Positions 25,807 to 37,424 of a stretch of DNA of 64,000 bases are shown here, one piece after another. Source of the stretch: Octopus bimaculoides. Taxonomy: Eukaryota. The DNA is taken from assembly GCF_001194135.2 (NCBI RefSeq), contig NC_068984.1, forward strand, positions 8,413,162-8,477,161, written 5' to 3'. A model generated the notes under the pieces. That model made no database searches. It was not told where the DNA came from and saw only the letters and a program-made list of their open reading frames with translations. Within the stretch, counting starts at the first letter, position 1; each line of letters starts with the position of its first letter. Position numbers and translations under genes: made by a program.

Positions 25807-27951
25807 TTTTACTCCTACTTGCATAATCAATAACGATAACTAAACTCATTGCGCAGGAATATATTTGCACAATTGTAATTGAATTTTTTAATATAAATTA
25901 AATACCGACAACTGTAAATAACTTTTCTTATATCATTCTGTTTGAAAACGTGATGTTAGTATGTCATCGCGTGTTATTTTAATAAAGCAGATTCACGTTG
26001 TTACATTCAAATACATTTCAACAATCCATTCTCAAATATATGAATTTTAAGAACTGTAGTAGTATGTTGCGCTAACCATGACAAGATCGAGATTTCGATC
26101 CAAGTATGTTTTTTCAGTAAAACACTTAATTTCACGCTGCTTCAGTCCACTTGACATGTAGATGATCAACCCTGCCACATAGTGATTTCGTTTATTTATA
26201 CGCCACGGAAATTGGGAAAGTAGACTTTTGTGCCTGGAGACTCGAGACAGTAATGTTCATACGTTGGTCATGATGATGATGAGAAAGAAAGTAAGAACGC
26301 AACTGAAAGACCTGCAAAATTTAATATTTTCGGTCTCTGCGCAGCAATACATTTGGTAAAGATTCCGCAATGGCGCTTCATTCAAAAAGAAAAGCTAATT
26401 TTATAATACCATTGTCAAATAATTAATTGTTTAATAAGGTGAATGAAATTGTAAGTAGTTTAATGTCACAACATATACTAGACCCAAGAAAATATTTATA
26501 CCAAGGACAAAAATAAATATTCTAAACATCAACTTTAAAAATGTTAAAAAAAGACCCAGTACAAAAACAATTTTCCTGCCGTTGTCAAGTGTAAAGTTTA
26601 ATTATTTTTTCTTGGAAATAAATATATTAAGAAAGATTTTAATATTGTAAAGCGTATAGATAAAAGGAAGCAAAATCTAGACGATGACATTTACTTCATC
26701 AGTAAACGCGTATATGATTGTCAGTTAGAACCACAAGAGTTAAGATTGGATCTTGAAGAAAGAAAAAAAAACGTGGAACCTATGTTAAGAATATGATCAC
26801 AGTAAAGTGTCTTTGTGTTCCATGCAATTAGCACTTTTTTAATAGATATTGTCGTTGTAATGAGTGCCTATTAATTTGTGTTAGCATAAACAAGGAGGAA
26901 ACTTGAAAGAGAAAATCTGAGGTTTTCATTTTTAGTTTTATTTCATTTCTACGGACATTAAAAGGAGAAAATGCATATAAGTAAACAAACTTAAAAACAA
27001 TTCACTGTAATGAAATATTCAATTATAGCGAAGAGGTGGATATGGTTTACAACGTATTATCAAAGTATGTGTGAAACGGTTGAACTACGTCTAAAATGTA
27101 GCGGAAATTACATGAAAAACACCGACGAAAGCAAAAGTTTTTGCTCTGTAATAGCAGACTATTATTTACTTTCTGTTTCTACACGACTTAACAAGATAAT
27201 TATTTTCCTTAATAGTTCAATAGAAACTAAAGAAATTACTTCATTTATATCAAATATAAATGATTATCCGATTCTTTCAACTTTTCAGCAACGTAGAAAT
27301 TATTTCTCAGTTTGAAAACTTTGCTTTTCTTTGCTTTCAAAGGATGTAGTCTTTTTGAGTGACTTTTCATTAAATGGGAGAATTCGTATCTTTATTTACA
27401 TATTTGTTTCTTTTTTTTTTTCCTTTTTAATTTAAGTGGAATTACATCACGGCATGTTTGATGGCGTAATTCTTTACGTACACATGAAAGCGCGTCACAT
27501 CTAAAACATCTGAAACGTGAGTGCTGTAAGTTTATTGAAGACAAGTCAACATGGCAGAGAAAATCAATTTTCCAGCCAGACTCTGAGACGTATTCGAACT
27601 CACTATATCAGAGTAACAATGCAGTTATCAAGTACAGGAACAAACGAAGGAGTCACTTCTTATCCGCTCGGCAAGTCAGACGTCTCCAAATCTCGATCAA
27701 ATGTGAAGAATAAATGCTTTAGAAGAAAGCGAATAAATCTATGGAAAATATAATTCTAGAAACGCTATTTCTACAAAGACTGACTGACTGTGGCAGATAT
27801 ATCTTTGATCATAGATCTACGAGATCGTTGCTGACCCAGCATTGAATAACAACAGCTTCGAAAAACAAACAAAACCAAAAAAACATCAAGTGCAATACAC
27901 ATACAAGCATATACACATACGAACATAAACGTACATACATACATACATACA

Positions 27952-28337
27952 TTGTTGTTGGTACTCCGTCGCTTACGACGTCGAGGGTTCCAGTTGATCC
28001 GATCAACGGAACAGCCTGCTCGTGAAATTAACGTGCAAGTGGCTGAGCTCTCCACAGACACGAGTACCCTTAACGTAGTTCTCGGGGAGATTCAGCGTTA
28101 CACAGTGTGACAAAGCTGACCCTTTGAATTACAGGCACAAAAGAAACAGGAAGTAAGAGTGAGAGAATGCTATGGTGGAAGAGTACATCAGGGTTCGCCA
28201 CCATCCCCTGCCGGATTCTCGTGGAGATTTTAGGTGTGTTCACTCAATAAACACTCACAACGCCCGGTCTGGGAATCGAAACCATGATCCTATGACCGGG
28301 AGTCCGCTGCCCTAACCACTGGGCCATTGCGCCTCCA
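27952..28337 (-). mobile_element. tRNA-derived SINE family C, full-length
   Basis: Reverse complement is highly similar to 32374-32763. A-box TGGCCCAGTGG, B-box GTTTCGATTCC. Confidence 0.9.
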
Positions 28338-28461
28338 CATACACATATATATATATAATGTATCTCAAAACGAGAAACTATTAGTCGTTCTTATCTTTAT
28401 GCCGTTTACATTGAATTTTAGATGTGTGTGTATATACATATATATATTTACATATATAACC

Positions 28462-28507
28462 AAAACTGTCCGACGACCGGTAACGTGAAACTCTGAGTAA
28501 CAGTTTT
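28462..28507 (+). ncRNA. Degenerate type-I minimal hammerhead ribozyme
   Basis: Perfect 8-bp stem I AAAACTGT/ACAGTTTT, core CCGACGA (U4C), collapsed stem II CCGGTAACGT, GAAA, stem III ACTC-T-GAGT with a 1-nt loop, GTA triplet. Confidence 0.7.
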
Positions 28508-28606
28508 TGTGATATTTTTGCTGCTTTTAATAAAGCATATTACTCTACCTCTGGTATTCGAGTACAATTTTTTCCACCTTGCTTCGCATTCATATGCTTA
28601 CTCCGG

Positions 28607-28637
<31 letters not shown>

Positions 28638-28830
28638 GGGAGAATGTACGAAAAAAAACAACAGACGAGGACAGGTGGTGTAAACAAGAAAAGGATGTAT
28701 TAGTTTGACGCTCGGAAACACAGAAAGTTTTCAACGTTTCGAGCTACGCTCTTCAACAGAAAGAATACGGAGAAAACAAGGAGAAAAGCAAGGAGAAAAA
28801 AAATGGAGAAAACGGAAATGGATACGCGGC
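28508..28830. mobile_element. Penelope-like pLTR pieces in opposite orientations
   Basis: 28508-28605 resembles 18320-18410. 28640-28790 is the reverse complement of 51760-51900 (TTGAAGAGCGTAG(G)CTCGAAACGT..GAGCGTTAAACTAATACATC..CCTGTC(T/C)TCGTC). Confidence 0.6.
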
Positions 28831-28863
28831 GTTCAATTAAATGATAATATAAATAATAATGAT

Positions 28864-28919
<56 letters not shown>

Positions 28920-28920
28920 A

Positions 28921-29287
28921 GGACGTCACCAACAGTAAGCAACATGAAATACGAAAACAAATGAGTTATATATTTAAACAACGTGAGGAAAAATGGAAAA
29001 CAGGACAAGTAACATAAAGAACGACCCTTCATTACAAGTCTTCGAAGACAGTTGCTCCAATAACTTCCGAATAAATTTTGGAATTTATGGAGAGTTAAAG
29101 TTAGGAACAAAAACAGTACTGTGGAGACATACAAGAAAACCGAACGAGGAGTAGATAGACAGCCGACAACTGATGAAGGTTCATTCTTTGTATTACTTGT
29201 CCTGTTTTCAATTTTTTTCTCTCGTTGTTTGCGTATCTAACTTGCTTGTTTTCGTACTTCACGTTGTTTATGGTCGGTGATGTCCTG
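28921..29287. repeat. Long imperfect inverted repeat (about 115-bp arms, about 140-bp spacer)
   Basis: 28921-29033 aligns with the reverse complement of 29171-29287, for example GGAC(G/A)TCACC..GAAAACAGGACAAGTAA..AAAGAA..CCTTCAT. Confidence 0.8.
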
Positions 29288-29289
29288 TA

Positions 29290-29403
29290 CATGTATATGC
29301 TTCTTTCAGTTTCCGTCTACCAAATCTATTCACAATGCTTTGGTCGGCCCCAGGCTAAAGTAGAAGACACTTGCCCAAGGTGCCACGCAGCGGGACTGAA
29401 CCA
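29290..29403 (-). mobile_element. SINE B 5'-half fragment
   Basis: CTTCTTTCAGTTTCCGTCTACCAAATC..CACTTGCCCAAGGTGCCACGCAG. Confidence 0.85.
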
Positions 29404-30400
29404 TATATACATACATACATACATACATATATATATANNNNNNNNNNNNNNNNNNNNNNNNNNNNNNNNNNNNNNNNNNNNNNNNNNNNNNNNNNNNNNN
29501 NNNNNNNNNNNNNNNNNNNNNNNNNNNNNNNNNNNNNNNNNNNNNNNNNNNNNNNNNNNNNNNNNNNNNNNNNNNNNNNNNNNNNNNNNNNNNNNNNNNN
29601 NNNNNNNNNNNNNNNNNNNNNNNNNNNNNNNNNNNNNNNNNNNNNNNNNNNNNNNNNNNNNNNNNNNNNNNNNNNNNNNNNNNNNNNNNNNNNNNNNNNN
29701 NNNNNNNNNNNNNNNNNNNNNNNNNNNNNNNNNNNNNNNNNNNNNNNNNNNNNNNNNNNNNNNNNNNNNNNNNNNNNNNNNNNNNNNNNNNNNNNNNNNN
29801 NNNNNNNNNNNNNNNNNNNNNNNNNNNNNNNNNNNNNNNNNNNNNNNNNNNNNNNNNNNNNNNNNNNNNNNNNNNNNNNNNNNNNNNNNNNNNNNNNNNN
29901 NNNNNNNNNNNNNNNNNNNNNNNNNNNNNNNNNNNNNNNNNNNNNNNNNNNNNNNNNNNNNNNNNNNNNNNNNNNNNNNNNNNNNNNNNNNNNNNNNNNN
30001 NNNNNNNNNNNNNNNNNNNNNNNNNNNNNNNNNNNNNNNNNNNNNNNNNNNNNNNNNNNNNNNNNNNNNNNNNNNNNNNNNNNNNNNNNNNNNNNNNNNN
30101 NNNNNNNNNNNNNNNNNNNNNNNNNNNNNNNNNNNNNNNNNNNNNNNNNNNNNNNNNNNNNNNNNNNNNNNNNNNNNNNNNNNNNNNNNNNNNNNNNNNN
30201 NNNNNNNNNNNNNNNNNNNNNNNNNNNNNNNNNNNNNNNNNNNNNNNNNNNNNNNNNNNNNNNNNNNNNNNNNNNNNNNNNNNNNNNNNNNNNNNNNNNN
30301 NNNNNNNNNNNNNNNNNNNNNNNNNNNNNNNNNNNNNNNNNNNNNNNNNNNNNNNNNNNNNNNNNNNNNNNNNNNNNNNNNNNNNTATATATATATATAT

Positions 30401-30435
<35 letters not shown>

Positions 30436-31510
30436 TATACGACGAGCTTCAGAGCCTTAAACTAATACATCTGTTTGTTGTCTACACCACCTGTCTTCGT
30501 CTTTTTTTTTTAATTCTCCCTGGGGCGCCTGTGTTGGAGTGGGGGTGTCTGATGAGGGAGGGTGTTCCCTGTGTGGCCTGTGTGTGTTCTGTGCTCTGGT
30601 TGTTGTTGTTTTTGTCTGCGTTTTGTTTGCGGTGTCCTGTGCCCAGATATGCACCTGTGTGTACAGGTGCACGTGGGTATGCACATGCCTGTGCGTGTGT
30701 ATGCATGTGCTCATTTATTATTTGTTTTATATATATATATTCATATATATATANNNNNNNNNNNNNNNNNNNNNNNNNNNNNNNNNNNNNNNNNNNNNNN
30801 NNNNNNNNNNNNNNNNNNNNNNNNNNNNNNNNNNNNNNNNNNNNNNNNNNNNNNNNNNNNNNNNNNNNNNNNNNNNNNNNNNNNNNNNNNNNNNNNNNNN
30901 NNNNNNNNNNNNNNNNNNNNNNNNNNNNNNNNNNNNNNNNNNNNNNNNNNNNNNNNNNNNNNNNNNNNNNNNNNNNNNNNNNNNNNNNNNNNNNNNNNNN
31001 NNNNNNNNNNNNNNNNNNNNNNNNNNNNNNNNNNNNNNNNNNNNNNNNNNNNNNNNNNNNNNNNNNNNNNNNNNNNNNNNNNNNNNNNNNNNNNNNNNNN
31101 NNNNNNNNNNNNNNNNNNNNNNNNNNNNNNNNNNNNNNNNNNNNNNNNNNNNNNNNNNNNNNNNNNNNNNNNNNNNNNNNNNNNNNNNNNNNNNNNNNNN
31201 NNNNNNNNNNNNNNNNNNNNNNNNNNNNNNNNNNNNNNNNNNNNNNNNNNNNNNNNNNNNNNNNNNNNNNNNNNNNNNNNNNNNNNNNNNNNNNNNNNNN
31301 NNNNNNNNNNNNNNNNNNNNNNNNNNNNNNNNNNNNNNNNNNNNNNNNNNNNNNNNNNNNNNNNNNNNNNNNNNNNNNNNNNNNNNNNNNNNNNNNNNNN
31401 NNNNNNNNNNNNNNNNNNNNNNNNNNNNNNNNNNNNNNNNNNNNNNNNNNNNNNNTATCCCTTACCAGGTGTGATCACAGGGATATTCAAAACAAAATGA
31501 AAACGACGGT

Positions 31511-31564
31511 GGAGGCGGTGGAGGCGGTGGAGGCGGTGGAGGCGGTGGAGGCGGTGGAGGCGGT
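31511..31564. repeat. 9-bp minisatellite (GGAGGCGGT)x6 in triplet-rich low-complexity DNA
   Basis: Six exact units. Confidence 0.95.
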
Positions 31565-32072
31565 CTTGGTGGCAGTGGTTGTGGCAGTGGTGGTGGTGGC
31601 GTTGGTGGTGTTTCTATGTGTATTGTTATTGTCAGTAATGCTTGTGATGGTTAGCATATTTTCATAGTTGTATTGATTATTGTTGTTGTTGTTACTATCA
31701 ATAATGTTAATACGCTAACTTCTTTGTTTTAGGACGTACCTGTGTTGTGTGTCACACATGAACGTGGCAAAGTCAGGGAGAGAGAAGGACAGAGAGGAAG
31801 TAAGAAAGAAAGAAGGAGTGAGAGAGAAAGAGAGAGAGTGAAAGAGACTGTGAGTGATGACGGCGTTCATTTTGTCTTTATAAGCGTTTCAGAGAGGAAG
31901 GGAGAAAGAAAGAGAGGGAGAGAGAGAGAGAGAGAGACAGAGAGAGACAGTGAGTGGTGACGACGTTCAACGCAAGAGAAGTAGATACATAGATACATAT
32001 ACACATCGTTAAATCAAAAGCGGGAGAGAAGAGGGTAAAACAATTCCAGTCAGTGACAAAGAATCAGGTAGG

Positions 32073-32109
<37 letters not shown>

Positions 32110-32373
32110 GAAAACTTCGTTGTGGACCATCTGACACCTAATGTCTGTCTGTCTGCCTCTCTCTAGGTATGTGTTTGTGTATGTGTGTGCATGTATGTGT
32201 ATGTATGTTTGTATGTATATGATTGTGCGCTGGATCTCTCTCTCGGCATACCAGCAAACCACAAAATCACACCAGCCAGCATCACCACTACTTCCAAGCC
32301 CATCATGTATGCATGTATGTATGTATGTAAGTATGTATGTATGTATGTATGTATGTAGGTATGTTTGTATGAG

Positions 32374-32763
32374 TGGAGGCGCAATGGCCCAGTGGTTAGG
32401 GCAGCGGACTCCCCTGTCATAGGATCGCGGTTTCGATTCCCAGACCGACGTTGTGAGTATTTATTGAGCGAAAACACCTAAAGCCCCACGAGGCTCCGGC
32501 AGGGGATGGTGGAGAATCCTGCTGTACTCTTTCACCACAACTTTCTCTCACTCTTACTTCCTGTTTCTGTTGTGCCTGTAATTCAAAGGGTCATCCTTGT
32601 CACACACTGTGTCACACGCTGAATATCCCTGGGAACTACGTTAAGGGCACACGTGTCTGTGGAGTGCTCAGCCACTTGCACGTTAATTTCACGAGCAGGC
32701 TGTTCCGTTGCTCGGATCAACTGGAACCCTCGACGTCGTAAGCGACGGAGTGCCAACAGCAAC
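32374..32763 (+). mobile_element. SINE family C, full-length
   Basis: TGGAGGCGCAATGGCCCAGTGGTTAGGGCAGCGGACTC..GGATCAACTGGAACCCTCGACGTCGTAAGCGACGGAGTGCCAAC. Confidence 0.9.
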
Positions 32764-32796
32764 ATGTATGTATGTATGTATGTATGTATGTATGTA

Positions 32797-32864
<68 letters not shown>

Positions 32865-32866
<2 letters not shown>

Positions 32867-33080
32867 CGTTTGTATCTGTGTTTGTCCCACCCCCACCATT
32901 GCTTCACACCGATGTTGGTGCGTTTGCGTCTCTGTAATTTAGCTGTTCAGCAGAATAGACTGCTAGAATATGCACCAGGCTTACAGGGAATAAGTCCAAG
33001 AGGTAATTTCTGCGACTAAAGGGTGGTGCTCTAACATGGCCACCGTCAAATAACTGCAACAAATAATAGAATAAAAGAAT
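32865..33080 (+). mobile_element. SINE B 3' half
   Basis: TGTGTTTGTCCC..CACCGATGTTGGTG..CCAGGCTTACA..AATAAGTCC..GACTAAAGG..CATGGCC..CAAATAACTG. Confidence 0.8.
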
Positions 33081-33243
33081 ACCAGAAAAACGTTCCGTAA
33101 GGTTCTTCGAATATGTACGATGTTATTTTAAGGTTAAATAGTAATTCCGTTTACGTTTGTGTAGCTGAGATATTTTGGTTGGATTATATAGTCATTGGCG
33201 ATACATTACCCTCTATATACTGTAACTGTCACAATATACTTTT

Positions 33244-33387
33244 CTAGGCCTGAAAATTTTGTGGGGATAGGGCCAGTTGATTAGATTGACCCCAGTACAT
33301 AATTGATACTTAATTTATCGTCCCACCAAGGACGAAAGGCAAAGTCGACTTCGGCAGAATTTGAACTCAGAACGCAAAGACTGACGG
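33244..33387 (-). mobile_element. SINE A, 5'-truncated, tail type i
   Basis: GGCAAAGTCGACTTCGGCAGAATTTGAACTCAGAACG on + strand. Confidence 0.8.
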
Positions 33388-33411
33388 TCATAGTCATAAT
33401 ATACAAACATC

Positions 33412-34335
33412 GGATTTATTTCAAAACGGGGGCACCAGTTTTCATTTATGTTTTATGTAGTGTTTTTGGTACTGAAAGACTTTCAAACTTCGTATACTTA
33501 TCTATTTTGTGTTATAGAAGAGAAAAAGATTTTTGTATTCGAAGTTATTTCATGTAAAAAATTGTCTTATTTCGATAATTTCTACTAATCACGGACGTCT
33601 ATTCAGTTGAAAACAGTTAGCGCTGTAACGGTGTATATCGGTTTAATCCCCTAACCCTAACCCTAACCCTAAAACTAACCCTAACTCTAGAATCCGAACT
33701 CTAAAATTGTTACACACACAGATACGCACAGCGTAATTTATTACATAAACAATATATGCGTATAAATTACGATTAAACCGGATGAAATATGTCACAGGGA
33801 ATAACATTTTTATGACCGCCCAGCAGTAACTCTATTCAGCTGAATAGACGTCAGTGATTGGTTGAAATTACAGAAATACGACAACTTTAACATGGAATAA
33901 CTTGCGATGTACATTTTTTTTGTTAAGAAGACTAAGAGTAAAAGATGTTTTATATGACACATTCTACCAGTGTCCCAAGNNNNNNNNNNACTCTAAAATT
34001 GTTACACACACAGATACGCACAGCGTAATTTATTACATAAACAATATATGCGTATAAATTACGATTAAACCGGATGAAATATGTCACAGGGAATAACATT
34101 TTTATGACCGCCCAGCAGTAACTCTATTCAGCTGAATAGACGTCAGTGATTGGTTGAAATTACAGAAATACGACAACTTTAACATGGAATAACTTGCGAT
34201 GTACATTTTTTTTGTTAAGAAGACTAAGAGTAAAAGATGTTTTATATGACACATTCTACCAGTGTCCCAAGTTTCAAAGTGTTTCGTTAGTGTTTCGTTA
34301 AGAAAATACTGGTGCCCCCGTTTTAAAGTAGATCC
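33412..34335. mobile_element. Fold-back MITE with 28-bp TIRs, 8-bp TSD and internal telomere-like repeats
   Basis: TIRs GGATTTATTTCAAAACGGGGGCACCAGT (33412-33439) and reverse complement GGATCTACTTTAAAACGGGGGCACCAGT (34308-34335), 25/28 identical. Flanks CAAACATC (33404-33411) and CAAACATT (34336-34343). Confidence 0.85.
33648..33686. repeat. Interstitial telomere-like (CCCTAA)n array, degenerate
   Basis: CCCTAACCCTAACCCTAACCCTAAAACTAACCCTAACTC. Confidence 0.85.
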
Positions 34336-34404
34336 CAAACATTTCTCATGGCACCAGGACGCTGTTTACTGATGCTTACATTGTTGGTGTTTTCCGTGAA
34401 TTTT

Positions 34405-34959
34405 TCATAGGTCCCGCTGGTCCCTATTATTACCGTTATTTATATCGTCGTTGTTGTTGTTATTACACCCACTATTATCGTTATTGTTATTGCTATTTTC
34501 TACCATTCTGCTGACTTTCCTTTTGTCTTCATTCCCTTCACTGCTGCTGCTGCTGCGCTGGCGGCGGCAGCGGTTAATTTGGTCCCTAAGTTTGGCGTGC
34601 TTGTGTCTTTCTATGTTTGTGTGATCGTTTTTCTCTATAGTATCATCGTCGTTGTTACTGCTGTTCTTACCGTTCCTACTGTTCTTCGTGGCATTAATCT
34701 TTGGTATGTTGACCTTTCCCTCATCCACACGCCTCCCTCCATCACTACTGCTGCTGCTGCCTTTCAGCCACACTTTCTTGTATCTTTTTGTGTTTGTGTG
34801 TTCGTTCAAGTTGCCATCGTGAAGTTTGTTGTGGTGGCGGCTGTTTGTAAAGTTACCGTTACTGTTGTTGTACTTGTTGTTACTAGTGTCATTGTGTTCG
34901 GAGGTATCATTATTGTTGTTGTTGTCGTATGCCGGAAGGTTCGCAATTCTAACGGAGGC
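34405..34959 (-). CDS. Candidate terminal coding exon, Asn/Ser/Asp-rich low-complexity peptide (unidentified)
   Basis: Part of a 193-codon stop-free frame with complex stretches (KLHDGNLNEHTNTKRYKKVWLKG; IERHKHAKLRDQINRCRRQR). Phase-0 acceptor-like GTCTTTTAAG|GCC at 34960/34959. No homology recognised. Confidence 0.4.
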   Translation of the reverse strand, partial: ASVRIANLPAYDNNNNNDTSEHNDTSNNKYNNSNGNFTNSRHHNKLHDGNLNEHTNTKRYKKVWLKGSSSSSDGGRRVDEGKVNIPKINATKNSRNGKNSSNNDDDTIEKNDHTNIERHKHAKLRDQINRCRRQRSSSSSEGNEDKRKVSRMVENSNNNNDNSGCNNNNNDDINNGNNRDQRDL

Positions 34960-35575
34960 CTTAAAAGACATTTTTAAGATACGCAAAGATCGCTACTTAA
35001 CTGCAGCTCTTGGTGGTCCAAATTGTATAAGCAATCTATGTGGGTGTCTTTTCAAAACATTGTCTGGTTTTAAATGAATGCCACATTAGATGGCATCATG
35101 ATTCTAAGGTGTAGATACATGAGGTGGTCAAACTCTTCATAAAGAGTAGACAGCCATGATGTGTGTATGTATATATATATGTGTGTGTGTGTCCATGTGT
35201 GTGTGTGTGTATATANNNNNNNNNNNNNNNNNNNNNNNNNNNNNNNNNNNNNNNNNNNNNNNNNNNNNNNNNNNNNNNNNNNNNNNNNNNNNNNNNNNNN
35301 NNNNNNNNNNNNNNNNNNNNNNNNNNNNNNNNNNNNNNNNNNNNNNNNNNNNNNNNNNNNNNNNNNNNNNNNNNNNNNNNNNNNNNNNNNNNNNNNNNNN
35401 NNNNNNNNNNNNNNNNNNNNNNNNNNNNNNNNNNNNNNNNNNNNNNNNNNNNNNNNNNNNNNNNNNNNNNNNNNNNNNNNNNNNNNNNNNNNNNNNNNNN
35501 NNNNNNNNNNNNNNNNNNNNNNNNNNNNNNNNNNNNNNNNNNNNNNNNNNNNNNNNNNNNNNNNNNNNNNNNNNN

Positions 35576-35955
35576 TATTTCCCAACCACATGGTACCGAG
35601 TTTATTCTCACTGCGTGGCACCTAGGGCAACTGCCTTCTACTATAGCCTCGGGCCGACCAAAGCCTTGTGAGTGGATTTGGTAGACGGAAACTGAAAGTA
35701 GCCCGTCGTGTATGTATGTATGTATGTGTGTGTATATGCTTGTGCGTCTGTGTTTGTCCCCCCAACATCGCTTGACAACCGATGGTGGTATGTTTACGCC
35801 CCCGTAACTTAGTGGTTCGGCAAAATAGACCGATAGAATACGTACTATGTATCCAAAGAATAAGTCCTGGGGTCGATTTGCTCGACTAAAGGCAGTGCTC
35901 CATCATGGCCGCAGTCAAATTACTGAAACAAGTAAAAGAGTAAAGAGTAAAGAGT
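35576..35955 (+). mobile_element. SINE B (head in gap)
   Basis: Near-consensus both halves with GTAAAAGA-repeat tail. Confidence 0.9.
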
Positions 35956-37424
35956 ATATATATCTTACACGCACAAGCAAACAGTCACAAAGCAACACAA
36001 ACAACACACGTGTATATGTATGAGTGCGTGTATCTGTACTTAAGACGTTTGTGTGCACTTGGACGTGGAAAGATATTTGCTGTGGAAATTGTAAATATTC
36101 TACTTATACGGAATGTGTATAAAAACATATTGCTGAGCGACAGAAGATGGCATCAGATGGTAGTTACGCTTCATCAGCTACTGGCACCGAATGGATCTTT
36201 AAAAGCTGAGTAAGAAATAATGGTATCTATATTTAAACAGCAAATTTTACAATTGCTGATTTTGGCAACTTCGGCCAATATTGAATTAATTTAGTAGAAG
36301 CTTATGAAACAGCGTTGGTTGAAATTTTGGTTGTTTACAATTGTAATTAACACGTTTGTGTACACTCGGATATGGATAGACAAACGCTGAAAAAATAGTC
36401 TAGGGAAGAAAAGTCTTCCTTATACACTATATGTCTGCTCAGTCGATTATATGCAATGGCCATATCAGTGACCTAAATGACCGGCAAAATTCTAAGTACA
36501 TATTTGTATTACTTTCTAATACACACAGGTATAATTCATTTGCATTTGATTAGAACCATGTGATCATATTGAATATTCATTTCGAAAACTCAAAGAAAAA
36601 GTCTGTTACGAACGAAATAAAAATTAGATTGATTGTAATATTCTATCTGATTGTTCGATAGCATACTTTAATGGATTAAGGGGGCATTTCAGATATAACT
36701 TTCTATATAAGCACCACGAATATTTATTCTGATAAGTAAAATTGAAAACTACATTTTTTGCAGCTGTGCATCAAGGATGTGGACCTAAAGATTAAATGCA
36801 TTAACTTTATATTTAAAATCACCGAGAGATATTTGATTCAATTAGCGCTATTATATTCTGAATTAAATTTATTGAGAAACAAAATTTGAAATAAAATATT
36901 TGTAAAAAAATTATAATGAAGTTGAATTTTCATGATACTGTGTTTAATTTTATTATAAATCAGAGCTAATGATATTAAACTGCTCGAAGTTTCGACGTTT
37001 CCTTTGAGGTATGTAAACTGCCATATGGATGTACTATAAAAAGAACTCGAAGAGGCTACGAGAATCGTAGCACGTGCATGAGATGCGTGAAATCAAAACT
37101 CTAGTGATTCTAAGCTTTATATTATCGGGCTAATAATAACAGCTCTGTCCAGAACACCTTTAAAAGTAACAGTTCAACCAACAACACATTATATTTCTAA
37201 ATAAATATAAATGAGATTATAACATTTAAGAATAAACTATATAATGATCTTATTTGTAATCTTACCCTTGTGAATTATTAAGCAAAAACAAAGAAATAGT
37301 ACATAAAATCAGAAAATAATATAATTCAAAATTAAAAAGATGAAAAGAAATAGAAGTAAAAATAAATATTTAGTTAGCAGACGGCATAAATAAGTGCGAA
37401 TATAAGAAGACTAATATATATTGT

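Noticed and set aside
22871-30560. Other CTGATGA hits (22872, 29171, 30549; also 63566)
   Set aside because: They lack either GAAA, stem III/UH or a pairing stem I, so they are not scored as hammerheads.
31511-31564. Regular short repeats as a CRISPR-like array
   Set aside because: Head-to-tail 9-mers with no spacers in eukaryotic DNA; no CRISPR or cas features anywhere in the window.
33698-34271. Exact 282-bp direct repeat (33698-33979 and 33990-34271)
   Set aside because: Identical copies separated only by a 10-N gap indicate overlapping contig ends, an assembly artefact. The same pattern occurs at 6810-6819.
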